Source: Conidiobolus incongruus B7586
Taxonomy: Eukaryota
DNA length: 64,000 bases
NCBI GenBank assembly: GCA_000697335.1
Contig: JNEM01011206.1
Coordinates: 1-64,000 of the forward strand
Direction: 5' to 3'
Under the pieces are notes generated by a model. That model was not told the DNA's origin and did not search any database. It was given only the letters and a program-made list of their open reading frames with translations. The translations under genes and the position numbers were made by a program. Below are positions 1-14,851 of this stretch, piece after piece; the first letter of the stretch is position 1, and the number at the start of each line of letters is the position of its first letter.

Positions 1-2508
1 CCTATTAACTTTATATATATTTATTTATTTCAAACTAATAATATGTTTGAAAAATCAGAAATTAAAAAATTTCCTATTATTTCAAATTCAAGGTAATATT
101 TAATATACTATCAGAAGTAATTGTAATAGTAATAATTCATTTAATTTTAAATTATAATATGATCTAATAATTATAAATAATATTATATTCATCAACTGTA
201 AAAATCATAAAATTGATATATTTATAGTTAATTACTTAATCATATAGTAATTATAAAAAACTTTTGAAAATATGAAATAATTCATATTAAATCTTATTAA
301 GCTTGAAATTTAATTTGTTTATTACCTTTTCAAAGATCTCTATATTGATATAGATATCAGCTGACTTAATATTACAATTGTTTACAAATTTTCACACAAC
401 ACTTTTGAAATCAACATAAATATAGATACTTAAAATGGATAAAATTGAAAAATATTAATTTTCAAACAAATTCTTTTTTTGCAAATTAACAAAGATTTCA
501 AACATAATTAAAATTTTACAAAAATGTTATCAACATTATTATTGAAGTTGTATTGTTATTAATATATATCAATTTATTAGTATAACTATCTCGCGATATT
601 AATGATATCATTACTATACCGCTATGAAATAACTAAACTGAGTTTAAATGACTTATTAGTGGGTCTTAATTTAACAATGTAAGAAATAATTGGGGTAATA
701 ATTTTTATTTAGTATTAGTAAATCAGAAATTCATAACTTTAGAAACACTTGTATAATATTGTATTGAATAATTTGTTGGGATAGTCTATCTCAACTTAAC
801 TTTTTAACTCGTATTACAAAATTTAGAGCAATATAATGCAATTGTTGCACTGGTTAATATTATTTATAACATCAATGCTAATTCAAATTAGAATCAAATT
901 TCTACCTCATTAAGTAATTACACTTCTGAATGGTAACAAGATTTCAAAAAATTTTATTATTTTTTAATTTTACATTACGCTAATAATATATCAATTTAAG
1001 ATAATGAACTAATTTTTGTAGGATTGTCCTATAGAATTGATATGAACGTAGATAATTATTTATTAATGAAGAATCTGATGTAATATCATCAATATTTTTG
1101 GTAAACTTTAAAATGTAATAATTTTTAAAATTAATTTTCACTAGATATAATTCTAATAAAAATAAATCACTTGATATGGAATTTACCTTTTTACTCATAT
1201 ACAATGGCCAAATATACTATATATCTACAAACTATTACAATACTTAATATATTTACAACATAATAGCTTTCATTGAAATCAATAACTCCTGCTTTATATT
1301 TAAATATCACACCAAAACTCAGTTTTAAAATTTTGGGAATAATCCTCATGTGACCTAATCGAATGATCAACCGATCATTAATCATTGTCAAACAAATATT
1401 TAAAATCTTTAGAATTTTATTTAGATGATATCAAATACCTTGTTTTTCAATAATTGCTCAATATTATCATTAAAAATATTTAATAATACTGAAACTTAAT
1501 CTTATATTTTTTTATAGTGTTAATAGTCATTGAAATGACTGTATCGTTATTTATCTGATAGATTAATTAATTTCATTGTTTGTTAGGGAATCGATGAATA
1601 AGTTGAAGAGTTGATCATATTTAATACAAAAACATTTTATGATTATTACCTAATATTATTTCTTTGAGAATTTATTTTGAATTTTATCCAATCTTCTTTT
1701 TTCTTTCATCTTAGATAAAATTTGATATTGAAATACATTTTATTTTTCATATAGCATAATTGATAATATGGTGGCATTGAATAAAATGCATACTAATTAA
1801 TCTGAATAATAAGAACAATGTACGGATGGGTTCAGTTGTTGATGTCAAAGATAACTTAAAGGAATTTTTAATGATATCAGTTAAAATACGAATATTAGCA
1901 GGGCAGGTGTCCTACTTTGATCTATTTTTCAATGGATCTAGAATGATGACGATTTGTACTGAAAAAGATGATTTTGAATTTCATATTGTCCTTTATCATG
2001 TGATAGTATCAACTTTCAACTCTCAATCGATAACTTATTATGAATGACGTGTCGGGAACTTTTTAATTGCAAAAAATTAACTATTTTGTATGTGGCTAAG
2101 CTTGCATATCTCAATGTCATCGAAATTGAAGTATCAACTACATGTTTTTCAGAAAATAGCCCCATTTTTACTGTGAAAAGAACAATTGATCAATATAAGA
2201 TATTGACCGAAATTTTAATTTGAAATTTTACCAAATCGAATCAAATATTACCAAGTTCGACATATTGAAATGAGAATTGGACAATTATATTCGTAAATGA
2301 ATCAGAATGGGGAATTTTGTGTTAAATTATGTCCAAATCTTTGCATTCTAAGCTACGTAGTACAATACCAAATTAAAATATCAGATTACAAAGATAATAA
2401 TCACTTAAGTAAAAAATTTTATGAGCAAATAATAAAATGCATTTTTTATAAATTACAAATAATAATTATTGTTAGAATAAATAATCTCTAATATATGATA
2501 GAACGAAA

Positions 2509-4017
2509 TTATTTGGCTTCTTGCAAAACTTCAGCTAAAGTCTTACCCTTGGTTTCAGGTAAGCAGATGAAGATGAAGACAAATGAAACAGCGGTAACAC
2601 ATGCAAAGAACACGAATGTATAGTTGTTCAAACTGACTAACATCTGGGGGAACACTAAACCAATCACAAAGTTACAAGCAAAGTTGACGGTAATAGAGGC
2701 AGCTGAAGCGATAGCTAAAACGGACGTAGGGAAAATTTCAGACATTAACATCCAAGGCACAGGACCTAAACCAACAGCGAAGAATGCAACAAATAATAAT
2801 GTACAGATGACCACTAGCAGGTTAATAGTATATACGGATCCAATGACAATGAGTACACTCATCAAAGCCATACCACCACACGATGTAAGCAATAAGAATC
2901 TTCTACCGCATCGATCAACCAGTACTACAGAAATAAGGGTTACAACCAAATTGAGACATGCAACACCAATCGTAATATAGGGCGCATTATCCGCACCAAA
3001 GGTTTTTTCAAATAAGGAAGTTGAATAAAAAATAACTCCGTTAATACCCGAGAACTGCTGGATAGCATGGATCAAAAGACAGTAGATGAAGTGCTTGAGA
3101 TGAGGTGATTGTGTCAAAATCTTGAATGGTCTTTCTTCACTATTATTCCTGGGCCCTTCAATTTGCTTAGATGATTCTAAGGGAGTAGTAGAACCAGAAG
3201 CAGAGTTGGAGTGCTCCAACTTGTTTTGAGAGATCAAAATACGCTCGAATTCTTCTTCAATATCATAACCTCTTCTCAAGTGAGCCAAGCTCTTTCTGGC
3301 CTCTTCAATACGGTTCTTGGAAACCAAATAAGGTGGAGTTTCAACACAAGCTGGTAATAAGAAGATTTGAGCAACAATAGGGATAGCAGGTAAGGCAAAT
3401 AAAATTCTCCATCCTTGAAGGAATTGGAAAGCTAAAGAAATAGCTTGAGAGAATAAAATGCCAATAACAAGGGTCAATTGAAGCATTGTTCCAAAAGCAC
3501 CTCTGGATTTAACAGGAGCAGTTTCACCGATATAATTGGATACAGCCGATGAAGCAATACCACATCCAACACCAATAAAGAAGCGAGCAACACCGAATTG
3601 GGCCTTAGTAGTGGTAGTGGCGAGCAATACATAACCAGCAAGGTAGAAAAAGCAGTTAAATAAGTTGGCATTACGTCTTCCAAAGCGATCGCAAAGAGGA
3701 GAAGCTGCCAAGGCACCAAAGCCACCTCCTAAAGCCATAATACCGACCATCAAACCCCATTCTAATGGCTGAGCATCCAAACAGCTAGGGAAAGGACCCC
3801 AGTAGCTGACAGGCTTAGGGATTCCATTGATGTAACAAGCCTTAATAGCAGGTTCAGGGATATTGATAACACCGATGGAATAACCAGATAAGAAAGCACC
3901 TAGACATGTGACTAAGACACCAAATAATGTGTTAAAATTAATAGTCATATCGAGCGAATTCTTGCCAGAGCTAGATGGATGCGAACCATCTGGATTGGCT
4001 TTTTTAATGTCAGACAT
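2509..4017 (-). CDS. Sugar porter (MFS, GLUT-like) transporter, intronless, 502 aa
   Basis: Multiple hydrophobic helices; DRFGRR and DRCGRR loop motifs, QQFSGING, GLGPVPW, SEIFP, PETKGK. Confidence 0.95.
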   Translation of the reverse strand: MSDIKKANPDGSHPSSSGKNSLDMTINFNTLFGVLVTCLGAFLSGYSIGVINIPEPAIKACYINGIPKPVSYWGPFPSCLDAQPLEWGLMVGIMALGGGFGALAASPLCDRFGRRNANLFNCFFYLAGYVLLATTTTKAQFGVARFFIGVGCGIASSAVSNYIGETAPVKSRGAFGTMLQLTLVIGILFSQAISLAFQFLQGWRILFALPAIPIVAQIFLLPACVETPPYLVSKNRIEEARKSLAHLRRGYDIEEEFERILISQNKLEHSNSASGSTTPLESSKQIEGPRNNSEERPFKILTQSPHLKHFIYCLLIHAIQQFSGINGVIFYSTSLFEKTFGADNAPYITIGVACLNLVVTLISVVLVDRCGRRFLLLTSCGGMALMSVLIVIGSVYTINLLVVICTLLFVAFFAVGLGPVPWMLMSEIFPTSVLAIASAASITVNFACNFVIGLVFPQMLVSLNNYTFVFFACVTAVSFVFIFICLPETKGKTLAEVLQEAK

Positions 4018-6776
4018 GATAACAAGTATGTAGAATTAAATCAACAGAATATTAATTATAAAAAAAATAAATATTACAAAAGGATGAAGAAAATGATAAG
4101 TTTTCAAATTGTGGAGAATTAAAAGTAAAGATGAAGTGATGGGCATTACCTATTTATACCTAATCAATAACAACTAAAAATTGCCCAATTCAACAAACCA
4201 ATTTAGTCAAACATTGCACTTATTTAGTTACTAAATACAGCATCATTCAAAGTGTTTCAATTTAGCTAATTGGCAAAGCTCACTGCACTGGTGTTCATGA
4301 GAAAAGGTTTTAAATTAATGTAATGCAAACGTAACCTAACCACTCTCCCTTTTTCTTTTTCTTTTAATCTCTATTGTTTTACTAGTATCTATTATACCCA
4401 AGCTTAACTACACTATCTTATTTAACATACCCTAAACTATTGGTCTATAAAGATTTGAATTATCAAGTGAATTTAACTTAAAGCACCAAATTTAGATAAA
4501 ATTCTTTGAGTTATTAAGTAATATGCGATAATTGAAAGGATAAAGAAAATGATTTCATTGGATCAATGGATTGAAATTTGCCTATGATTCATTCATTAAA
4601 TAATCATGATTATTAATTTTTTACTCCGTTACTTTTCTTGTTAATTAATTTACGTAGTATAATGCATAATTTCTCATTCAAACTGTCCAACACTCAAGCA
4701 CTATAATGTGTAAAGAATGTATTCAATTTTAAATAGTTTTATTGTCAAATACTTCAATTTATTTGATTAAAATTTAAATCCAATAAGTGCAGATAAATAT
4801 AAACAATTTTCTCTTTTGATTAATGTGGAGAAATAAACTCCGATAATAAGCCTCTCCCTGATTGAAATCAATTTACAGCTTATTGATCAATTAAATTAAT
4901 TTAATGGTATTATATTACATGATAGATTACTATATTGATTATACTCTATCAGTTTCACTGTCAGTATCATTATAATAATGAAAAATAGAAAATTAGAATT
5001 AATTGAGGCTATTTTATCAATCAAATCAAATTCATTTTAGTCTAATTCTATTTACCCAGACTCAAATTCAAAATTTACTTGTAATCATTATTTATACATT
5101 TTTTGTTATTAATTCTCCACATTAATTTAAAATTTAAAATAATTTATTTTTGTTGATATTTTATTTGATTACTTTACCTATTTAGGTTTATTCATTATTG
5201 TATTTAAAAAAACGATAAACCTTATGTTATGAATTATATTGTATTTATTATGACTGGTGATAAATAAAATGGATCTTGAATATGAATTAATTATACCAAA
5301 TGAACCAATTAATCATAATAAATTTGAATTAGACAGTTTTTAGTAATATTCAAACCTATAGTTACAGTGATAAAAGAGTAAAACTTACATTTCCGGATAG
5401 TTAATACTTGGTTACATCTTGTGTATTGAAACTATTTTAGAATTACAATCGGTTATCAATTAATCCAATGGATGGATTTATTATCAATGATGTGAGTTCG
5501 AATTCTTATTAGATGAGCTGATAACAATCTTTAATGTTAAGATTATTCTGTTAAAAGAACAAAGTAATATGAAATAATTCTGATCATTGTACCTGAATCA
5601 ATTTTAATAGTTTTCGCTATCCTGTTTACTTGACTAAGTTTGACACTTTGTTCATTATTGAAATGATTTATTTAAAAGGGATTTAATGAAAATATTAAGA
5701 GTCTATATTTATTATTTAGTTGATAATATTAGAGTTTTTTAAAGTTAAAAATTTTACTGATGATATAATTTCTAGATTTCAATTGAGATGTTTGTGTAAT
5801 TTTAATTGATATAAAAGATTGTTCAAATTTGATAAATGAAAATATTCACATAGGTCAAATGGTATATGATTAAATCTTACGTAATGATTATAATATTATT
5901 CTATCTGATTAAAGTCATTGTCCATAATATAGGCTATCAGTACAGAAACAACCAAGAATTATACTATATTTATCTTAATTCATTATATCTTTGTAGTTAT
6001 CTGTACAATGAAGATTTTTTTATATATTTTCAATGTTGCAATTTTCTCATTCGAAATTAATTCCTAAAATTCTATTGAATCCACTCAATAGATCATAATC
6101 GATTATCAATATTCATGAAATTAATTAATGTGTTAATAATTAACTCTTTAATGAGTTTATCTATTAATCTCTGAGTTCTTTATAATTAAAAAATGCGAGA
6201 ATACTTTAGTTAATGATCTTTCGATTCGATTCCCGTGCTGATAGCGATCATGAAACTTGTGGATTGTGTAATATCACAGAGCTAAATATCAATATTCGGT
6301 TCATATAGCTGTTTTTATTTCTCGAAAGCGCAACCACATAAATATCTATCATTTTATGAAAATTACTCCGATAAATTCTTTTTATATGTATTCAATTAAA
6401 TTATTTGATATTGAGGAATTATATATATTTAGTAATATGTGTGAAACACATTGAAATCCAAATTTAATTTAATAATAAAAGTTAAAATTAATCAATGAAT
6501 ATAAGTATATGGCGGAATATTAAAGATTCTACAGTTCACATTTAAATCGTATTCATCATTTAATATTGCCTTTAATGAAGCTTGTGATATAAACATATTA
6601 TGATAAACAGTTAAATATTTTAATTATATAATTCATTGATTTTAGTAGTATTATAAATATTTATTATGCAATTAATAGAATTGAGAGAATATAGAAAAAC
6701 AGAGATTCTAAAGATGTTTTTTATAAGAATTACTTAAACTAATTTTAACTTTGAAATTAATTGAGTAATTTTTAGT

Positions 6777-9700
6777 TTAAGCATAGTAACTTGGTGAGAT
6801 CAATAGATCTGACAAGGTTTCTAATTGATCTTCGGTGAATTTTAATTTATCCTCGTGCCAAGTATCTTGATGGGTTCGTTTGAATTCTTTGAAGGCGTGG
6901 TAAACAGTGGACTGAATGGGCGTAGGATCACCAACATATCGAGCTAATCTGCAGAGGATTTGAGGCATACCCTCTGGAATATCGTATGGGAAAGCTCTGA
7001 TGATGCTACTTAATACTAATACACCAGCATGTCGATTGCGAATGGCTTGTTGATACTCGGGAGTGGTTTTACTTGTTCCACGTGGTGGCAGTTTGGTTTT
7101 GAGATATTGAGTAGAATGCAACTATATTCAAAAAGTTAGGATATAATTAACACAATTGACTCGTTGATTTACCTGAAGGTTTTTGATAACAGAACGCTGG
7201 CATCGCACAATTCCTGATAAAGTTTCAGCAGCCAGTTCTTTGACCTACGCAATAGAAATTAATAAACAATGTATTAGTAATGTGAATAATATTACTTCAA
7301 TCCTATCGTCTAATAAAGTTGAAAGCATGCCCTTAACTAGATTGTCAAATTCCTCAGATCGATTGAAATAGTTGAATAAATGATTAAACACCAAAGGTTG
7401 ATATACGCAAAGCACTCTGACTTTCTTAATCCAATTGCCTTCCTTTAGAATTTGATTCAAAGATGTAATAAATTCTTGGAGGATATTGGTGGGATAGAAG
7501 TGGCGACGATAAACATCTCTAAGCACATCACTGATCATGGCTCTTAATTCAATATCTTGATGACCATCCAGCATATTAAACATCTCTTTACAGAGCTTGG
7601 GGAAATGGGGTCTAAGGACTTTGAACTGATTGCCTAAAGTAGCTGCTAAAATCAAATTAATAAGCGTTTTACAGCAATTGGTATAATCAGAGGGTTCGAT
7701 TCGGGCAGGATCATGCTGGGAGCGATACAACTCCAGTTTCGAGTACACTTGATCTAGAAGGGTATTAATGCTTTGGGGATTAGCAATTCCAAAAGAGTCA
7801 TCCTCAATAATGGAAGGGTTTTGTAAGAATTGATCAACTGATATACCACCATGGCATTGATTTTGGAGCAATTCATACATGAGTAAAGCAATGCAGCCTC
7901 TAACAGATTTAAACTGGTGGTGAAGATTAACAACACAAGAGTCCAATATTGTTTGGCTCCAAGGATAGCATTTCCATGCTAATCCAAAGCATACAATCCT
8001 TACGTAGTTCAAATATTTATATTGATCAAAAGATGATATATGATTTCCAGTGGACTGAGTAGCAATTTCAGTGATTTGGCCCTGAGCATCGATGAAGGGG
8101 TTTAATTCTTCAATTATGAGCTTGATCAAAGGTTGAATGCGTCTAGGATCTCGATTAAAAGTTGAATATGACAGTACCTTGTCCCAATATGAGGATGTAT
8201 CAACAGATGATTTCTTAAAGCATTGAGTGAGTATAGGAATGAGATAATCCCAAAGCTGAGCACATTCAGATAAAGACCAGTGTTTACTACCTCTAATCAA
8301 CCCAGCCAACAGCTCAGATAAACCTTTTTGACATCCAGCTTCAGTAGGAGTTTTTACTAATTTCTCAATATGGGGCTTAAAAAGTTCTAAGAGCTTAAAT
8401 CCATAAATTTGGAAAATAGCTTTAAATAGTTTACAATGAACTGTGTTAAAAGTGCTATCCTTCTCCTTTCCTACTTCTTGTGTTAAATATGTAATCCACT
8501 TGTTGATGTAATCAGGGCTAGAAATGATATCCCATATGGCATCATAACATTCTTGAATTTCATTTGGGACGTTACTGGGCCAGGCCGGCTGTTCATCTTC
8601 AGATAATGGCTGATATCCGGGACATTCCTTTGGCCAAACAAACCATCCAAATTCAGTCTTATCTATCAATGGTATTTCTTTGATGGAGTTGGAATCAACT
8701 GGTTTTGAGATGGTGTCAAGATACTTTGAATTGAATTTTGGATTGAAAATGGGCTCTGTAACCTGGATCTTCTTATAATGACCTCTGATTTGAGATTCTG
8801 CAATAACCAAACTTCTCTTTTTCAACTTGGATAAAATGTCAAAGCAAATAGGATAGAACATTTTTCTAGTGGCATGAACTTCGACAATAACTTGTTGGAA
8901 GGCTGCTTTGACAGCTTGAGGATTGATTGGTGAGTGGATGGTAGTAAATCGTTGTAAAAATGCTCCAGCCATATTAGTGAATCGCCATGTTATGGTAGGA
9001 TCATTAAGGATCTTGATGAGTTCTGATATAATAGTCTCAAGCCCTTTCTGCATTAATTCGAATTTAGCTTTACTCCTTCCTTTTGATTTCTCTATCAAAG
9101 ATTCATCTAATTGAATTAAACCAAATTCACTAGATTCATTGATAAAATCTTTGACTGAAAGACCGGTGCCTTGAGCGACATGTGGTGAGCAGCCGTCATA
9201 AACCAAGCTTAAAAGGATTTTTTGTATTAATTCTTGGCAAGATGTATCATTAATCTTTTGTGAGCGTAGTAGAGTAATAATCAATCTGGGCAAAATTTCC
9301 CATTTGTTTATAACTTTACTGTCATTGATACAATCTTTGAGTAAATATAAAGCACCTGTGACTTGCCCTAATTGAATAGGATCTTTTTCGTCCTTGAATG
9401 TTTCAATCGCATCCAATAGCATAGGATAGATATCCTTTTTGAATTTTGGTATAATTTTCAATGATCTCTTGACACTGTTTTGAGCAAGTCTAAAAATAAA
9501 ATTAATTAAGATGAAGGTAAAAAAAATATCTCATAATGATTATTACTTTCTAATTTTAGGATATGGATACATAGAAAGTTGAATCAAGTCATGTAATAAA
9601 TCTCGATGTTCTTGACATTTAGGAGCACTTGTGGTGGTATACAAAATTCGTTGAATTTGATGAATCAATGCTTTTTGTCCAAAAATAGATCGAGGGAGAA

Positions 9701-12426
9701 GCTTGCGAGAATCTGAGAAAGAGTATGAATATTTGGCCCATTTATATGTATTAGAGTTAGCTTCTTTCATTTCATATGTGCTTCCTCTAAATGTCAAAGA
9801 GTTTTCAATAACCTATAAACTATTAAATATTACAAGATCAAATCACTTAATATTATAATGTATACCTGGACCAAAAAGTGGAAAGCATGGACATCATCCT
9901 TTCTATGCTCATCTAAATACTTGAAAGCACGATGCAGAAGTCTTAAAGCCTGAAGACGTTTGTTTTGAATCTTGATGTATTCAGGGTTTGTGGGATCAGT
10001 GAAAATTACTCCAGAGTTCAATTGGAAATAATCAGACTCTAAGTTTTGGTCATAATCGGCTTCTGATAAAATAAAAGTAGCACTGCCAGTGAGTACTTGA
10101 TCTAGTAGACCTACGGATCTGCGAAATCTGTTAGACCATTCGGATTGCACAACGGGACCAAAGAAACTAGTTCTTTCTCCATCCCAGTCGTTATCAAGTA
10201 TAGCTTCCAAATCATTTATGCATATATCGATGTATTTGTGGAAGATTTCGATCGATTTTTGAATCTCTGGTTCAGTAGGAGTGTGCCACTCTAATTGAAT
10301 CATTTCAGGATCTGGGAATTTACCCCATATTAAATGGTGGTTGTTTTGGAATTCATCTGATCGCCAAATTTGCTCATTATGAGATTTCACTCTTTTGAGA
10401 TAAACAGTAGTAAGAGAGCTTAAAATCTTTCTGATTAAACGGCTTCCAAGGTTACCGGCTTTATAAGCCTTACATTGGTGTAGGACCTTATCAGCTAAAG
10501 TAAGGATTTGGTCAACATATTTTAATATTTCGGCTCCGTTGCCGGGTAGAATTTGACTGAGAATAGTTTGATACCAATTCATAATAAAATCAGAAGGAGG
10601 ATTGGTCATGAAATAGGTTGTGGAAGATGTACCAGCGCCATGTTCTAATTCTAAATAAATATGTTTGAGACATAAGGGAATAAATTTGGATAATGCTAAA
10701 GCAGGGTTGGCTCTAGTAATGGTTCCACATAATTCACCAATTTGATCTACTGCATTACTATTCACTTCCGTTACACGTCTCAAGATCATTTCAAGAGTAA
10801 ATTCATAAAGCTCAGACGACATTTGGTTACACATTACATCTAAAGATGCAATGAACAAAAGAACTAACCCACTATCCGACATATCAGATGGAGAGTTTTC
10901 CTTCTCAGGCATATTTTCAAATAATGTAAAAGAACGATTTAAATACTGACCTATCCATTCTTCATAACCAGAAGTGTTTGCTTTACACAATAAATTTTCC
11001 TGCTCTAGATCTCTCGGTATAGATAAATCGCTTGATATGGCACCCCAGTCAGTTTCCTCATCATTCCTTGTAGAATCGATCAAAGGAATAGAGAGAAATA
11101 GATAAGAAGCAAAGTATAATGAAATGATAGATTTTTGAGGATCGTTGATATCTATTCCTGGGAGGATCAAGTTAAGCAAGGGTAAGACATGTTTACCCCC
11201 TTGAGGATAGTTTTCACGACTAACTAAGGGACCAACAATCATACAAAGTGTAGATAGTGAAGATGAAGTACGCAAAGTTTCAGTCAAGGTTTGTAAACTA
11301 GGATAAATTCTTTCAAGTAAGCCAGGGAAAACTGCATTTGGGTCTAACCAAGCTAAATATTTGAAAGTGGTATGAACATACCCAATAAGTCTGGGATCTT
11401 TTCCAAACATAGCTAAATAGCTTACACTGACAATTGTTTGAACGAAGGATGAAATTTCATCCTTGGTCAAGAAATATTCTTCTTCATAGTCGACTAATCC
11501 TCGTTGTTCGTCCAACCAGCGATTCAAAATGCTATAAGAGAGATTCTCGATAAATTTTAATAGAGAATGAGTCCATCTACCAAAATTAGAAGGATGAAAA
11601 AATGATTCAATGGATTGAATAAGATCTATAAGCATATTAAGAGATCCACGATTTTCAGGATCTAAACTAGCTGGATAGATGGTATTGACTATGAAGCCTG
11701 CAAATATGACACCCTTATCTGGTTTGCGACTGAGTAATTTTTTAAAACTTGACAAAGGGAATTTAAGAAGATTTCTATTCATAAGACTAAATGTGGGTGA
11801 CTTTCCAGTTGCAATAGGTAAAGATAACGATCTAAGACCAACACCAAATGCAAATCTGATTTGTTCATTAGAAAATCGATAATGTCCTATTTGGCTTCGT
11901 GCAACCTTTTCAATTAAATCCATAAATTTTTCGTGATAATTGGTTGAAGCAGAAAGCTGAGTCCATAAACTGAAGAGAGTAGGGACTAATTTTGGATGTT
12001 GATGGTGAGTTGGTAAGAATAAACATAACAAATTGATAGCAGTGTAACAAGTTTCAATTGCCAAAGGAGAATACATTGGAAGTATTTCTTCAAAAATCTC
12101 ATCTATTGCCTCATAAGGATAAAATCTATCATTAATATTATTGTTAATATAAATTTATTACCATTATTGAAATGAAATTACCTTGTTAATCTATCTAGTA
12201 CTGCTATTAATGATGTAATTCGATTTCTAAAATTAATTGTATTTTATATTAGACTTAAATAATAATAGTTATTGCTATATAACTTACCCATCACTACTGA
12301 CTGCATGTTCGCTCTGTTTTAAAAATACTAAACGATGAATGAGTTGGTACATTGGTTTCCAATCCAAAATCAAATCTCCCTTTGCAAACTTATCTTTCCT
12401 AGTATTACGTTAATGAAAAACTTGTA

Positions 12427-12463
<37 letters not shown>

Positions 12464-12885
12464 AAATTATTATACTTTAATAGCCTATAAAGTTCTTCAG
12501 CAATTTTAGATAAAAGCGATTCCTCTAATTCTGGATGAACTAATAATTGGTATAATAATTTAGCCAAATAAATTCTATCCGATTTTACAAGAGGAAATTT
12601 AAAATCTAAAAATCTAATTTTTAAAGTAAGTTAAGTTGATATAATAATGAAAACAAATTGGTATTACAGTCTAAGTTGATTGATCCAATGTTTGATGCCA
12701 TTCCAATCATCGCCCAATACACAACAACTTAATTTGGTTTTAATTAATTCTATGAAATTTTCAGCTTCGCCTTCCGTATTATAAGGTAAATGCTGATTTG
12801 GTAAAAAATCAGCATAGCCAACCAGTGTAGTATCCTTAAATTCAGGACGCTGAGGAATTGGACATTCTATTAAATCGTCTTCCAT
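6777..12885 (-). CDS. BLM10: Proteasome activator Blm10/PA200 (PSME4), about 9 exons
   Basis: ESFFHPSNFGRW, LPGIDINDPQK, GLIRGSKHW, FKEFKRTHQDTW and C-terminal SPSYYA (HbYX-type). ORF fragments join in frame through canonical GT-AG introns. Confidence 0.95.
12429..12460. repeat. (TA)n microsatellite in a BLM10 intron
   Basis: Uninterrupted AT dinucleotide run. Confidence 0.9.
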
Positions 12886-14851
12886 AAAATATATAATATA
12901 ACTAAAATGAGTCTAAAATAGAAATATTAGTTGATAACTGTTAAATGTAATAATTAAGAACACTGAAATGTAGGGACTGTTAAGTATTTTTAATTTTTAT
13001 TTTGATATTTATTTATTATATTCATGGGGTGTTTAAGTAGTCATTAATTAATCCCATAATAATAACATGATTTATATAGGATCACAAATAAATTAGGAAT
13101 TATTCATTTGAATAAAATCGATCGAATTATGATCAAATTATTTGTATTATTTGCATATTTATTTTCATTTTGATTTTTATAGTGTCATATGAATTTTAAT
13201 TATTTAATGAGAAATTATTTTTTAATCGTAATTGGAGATGTACTATAAAATAGGATCCAATTTTATTAAAATTAACTAAAATTTTTTTTGATGAAATACA
13301 TCCCTATTTGATAATCAGATATGAAAGCTTAAGAATAAAATATAAAAGTGATAAATATGTATTAATTCATTTAAATAAACAATTCTATTATTTTTAATTA
13401 ATCTTTATATAAGGATTTTTAAAATCTTAAATCCCGTGACATTTGGATTGTTTTGAACATTAAATTACTGTTCCATTAATATAAAGTTTATACTTGTTTC
13501 ATTGTAAATGCTAGATAAAATTCATATATTTAAATATTAATGTTATACATTTTAAATCTTAATATATGAGGAGATTGTTTTTTACCACATTTAATTCATC
13601 ACAATAATGATTTAAACTATGTGATATACTTATATTATGATTTGACACAATTGCAAAGAGTACTTAGATTTACTGGATAAATCATATAAACTAATAACTA
13701 AATTATAATATATGATGCTACTGTGATTTTATAAATAAATCATAGGTATAGCTCTGGCTGGCTGATGTGTTTTTTAGATAATTATCAAATTATAAATAAT
13801 ATCAGATATTAATTCCTGATAAATTTGATAAGTTTAATAAAATTGATGGCGGTAAAGTGTTAAAAATTTTTTAATAGTAATAGTAAATTTGCTTAGAGTT
13901 GTATTAATCTCAATGATTTTTATAAATATTAATCCATTATTGAAAATTTAAATTTAGTATTCAATACTGTTTACATAGCTTATATATCATAAATTAGCAA
14001 TGTTTATATTAACTATTTTTAAATTTAATATAATTTGTTCAAATCAACGTGTAAAATCATTCTCAAAAATTTATATTTAATTGCATAATAAAATTGCTAG
14101 TTCCTTTATCTTCCAAAATCACACAAACAATATAAACACTATGATTTTTTATTGAAAATATTAACTTATATTAACTTGATAATGAAAGCATTCCTTCTGT
14201 AGTAAAATATTATAATAATTCGCATTTCTAGTTTGAAAATTCAACAACACGGTTATAATAAAAATATGATTTACTAATATGAGCTTTTGGCAGTTTAAAA
14301 ACATAAGTGATATCAGAATAAAGTTATAATAATTTTACTGCAATTTTATCTGATTTAATATATGAAATTTTATATTCCTATGATAAATAATAGATTAAAA
14401 GGGTTATCTTCCTAAATTATTATGGCAGAATAAATTCAGTTGACAAATTCGTTAGAAACCAATTTATTTATTATATATAACAATAATTTATACGATTTTA
14501 AGTGAGAATATATTTGATGAAAATGATGATATGTAAGTTATTGTGACTGAGTTAACATAATAAATTTAGTATAGCTAACATTAATCACTAAAGAAGCAAC
14601 GTATTATATACTTAATAAATATAAATCTTATCTAAAGGTTAATCAAAATGGAGGGTTAATCTTGGTAAATTTATATTTCCATCATTTCAAATTCTAATTG
14701 AATTAATACTAAAAGAAATGTATGAGCAAACTAAATCCCATTATATCTTCATTTCTAACAAATGTTTTAAATTAACCCTTTGAATTTGTCTTAAAGGTTC
14801 AATTATTACTCAAAGTATCAACTAATTTAGTTTTCATCATAATTAAAAACG

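Noticed and set aside
980..1391. Short I/L/N/Y-rich ORFs (also 2297-2491, 5866-6060, 29937-30143, 55231-55425)
   Set aside because: Composition expected by chance in very AT-rich DNA; no motifs.
5490..5512. tRNA T-arm-like GTGAGTTCGAATTC
   Set aside because: No D-arm, anticodon arm or acceptor stem could be built.
6220..6250. B-box-like GATTCGATTCCC
   Set aside because: No A-box or cloverleaf; a single weak motif.
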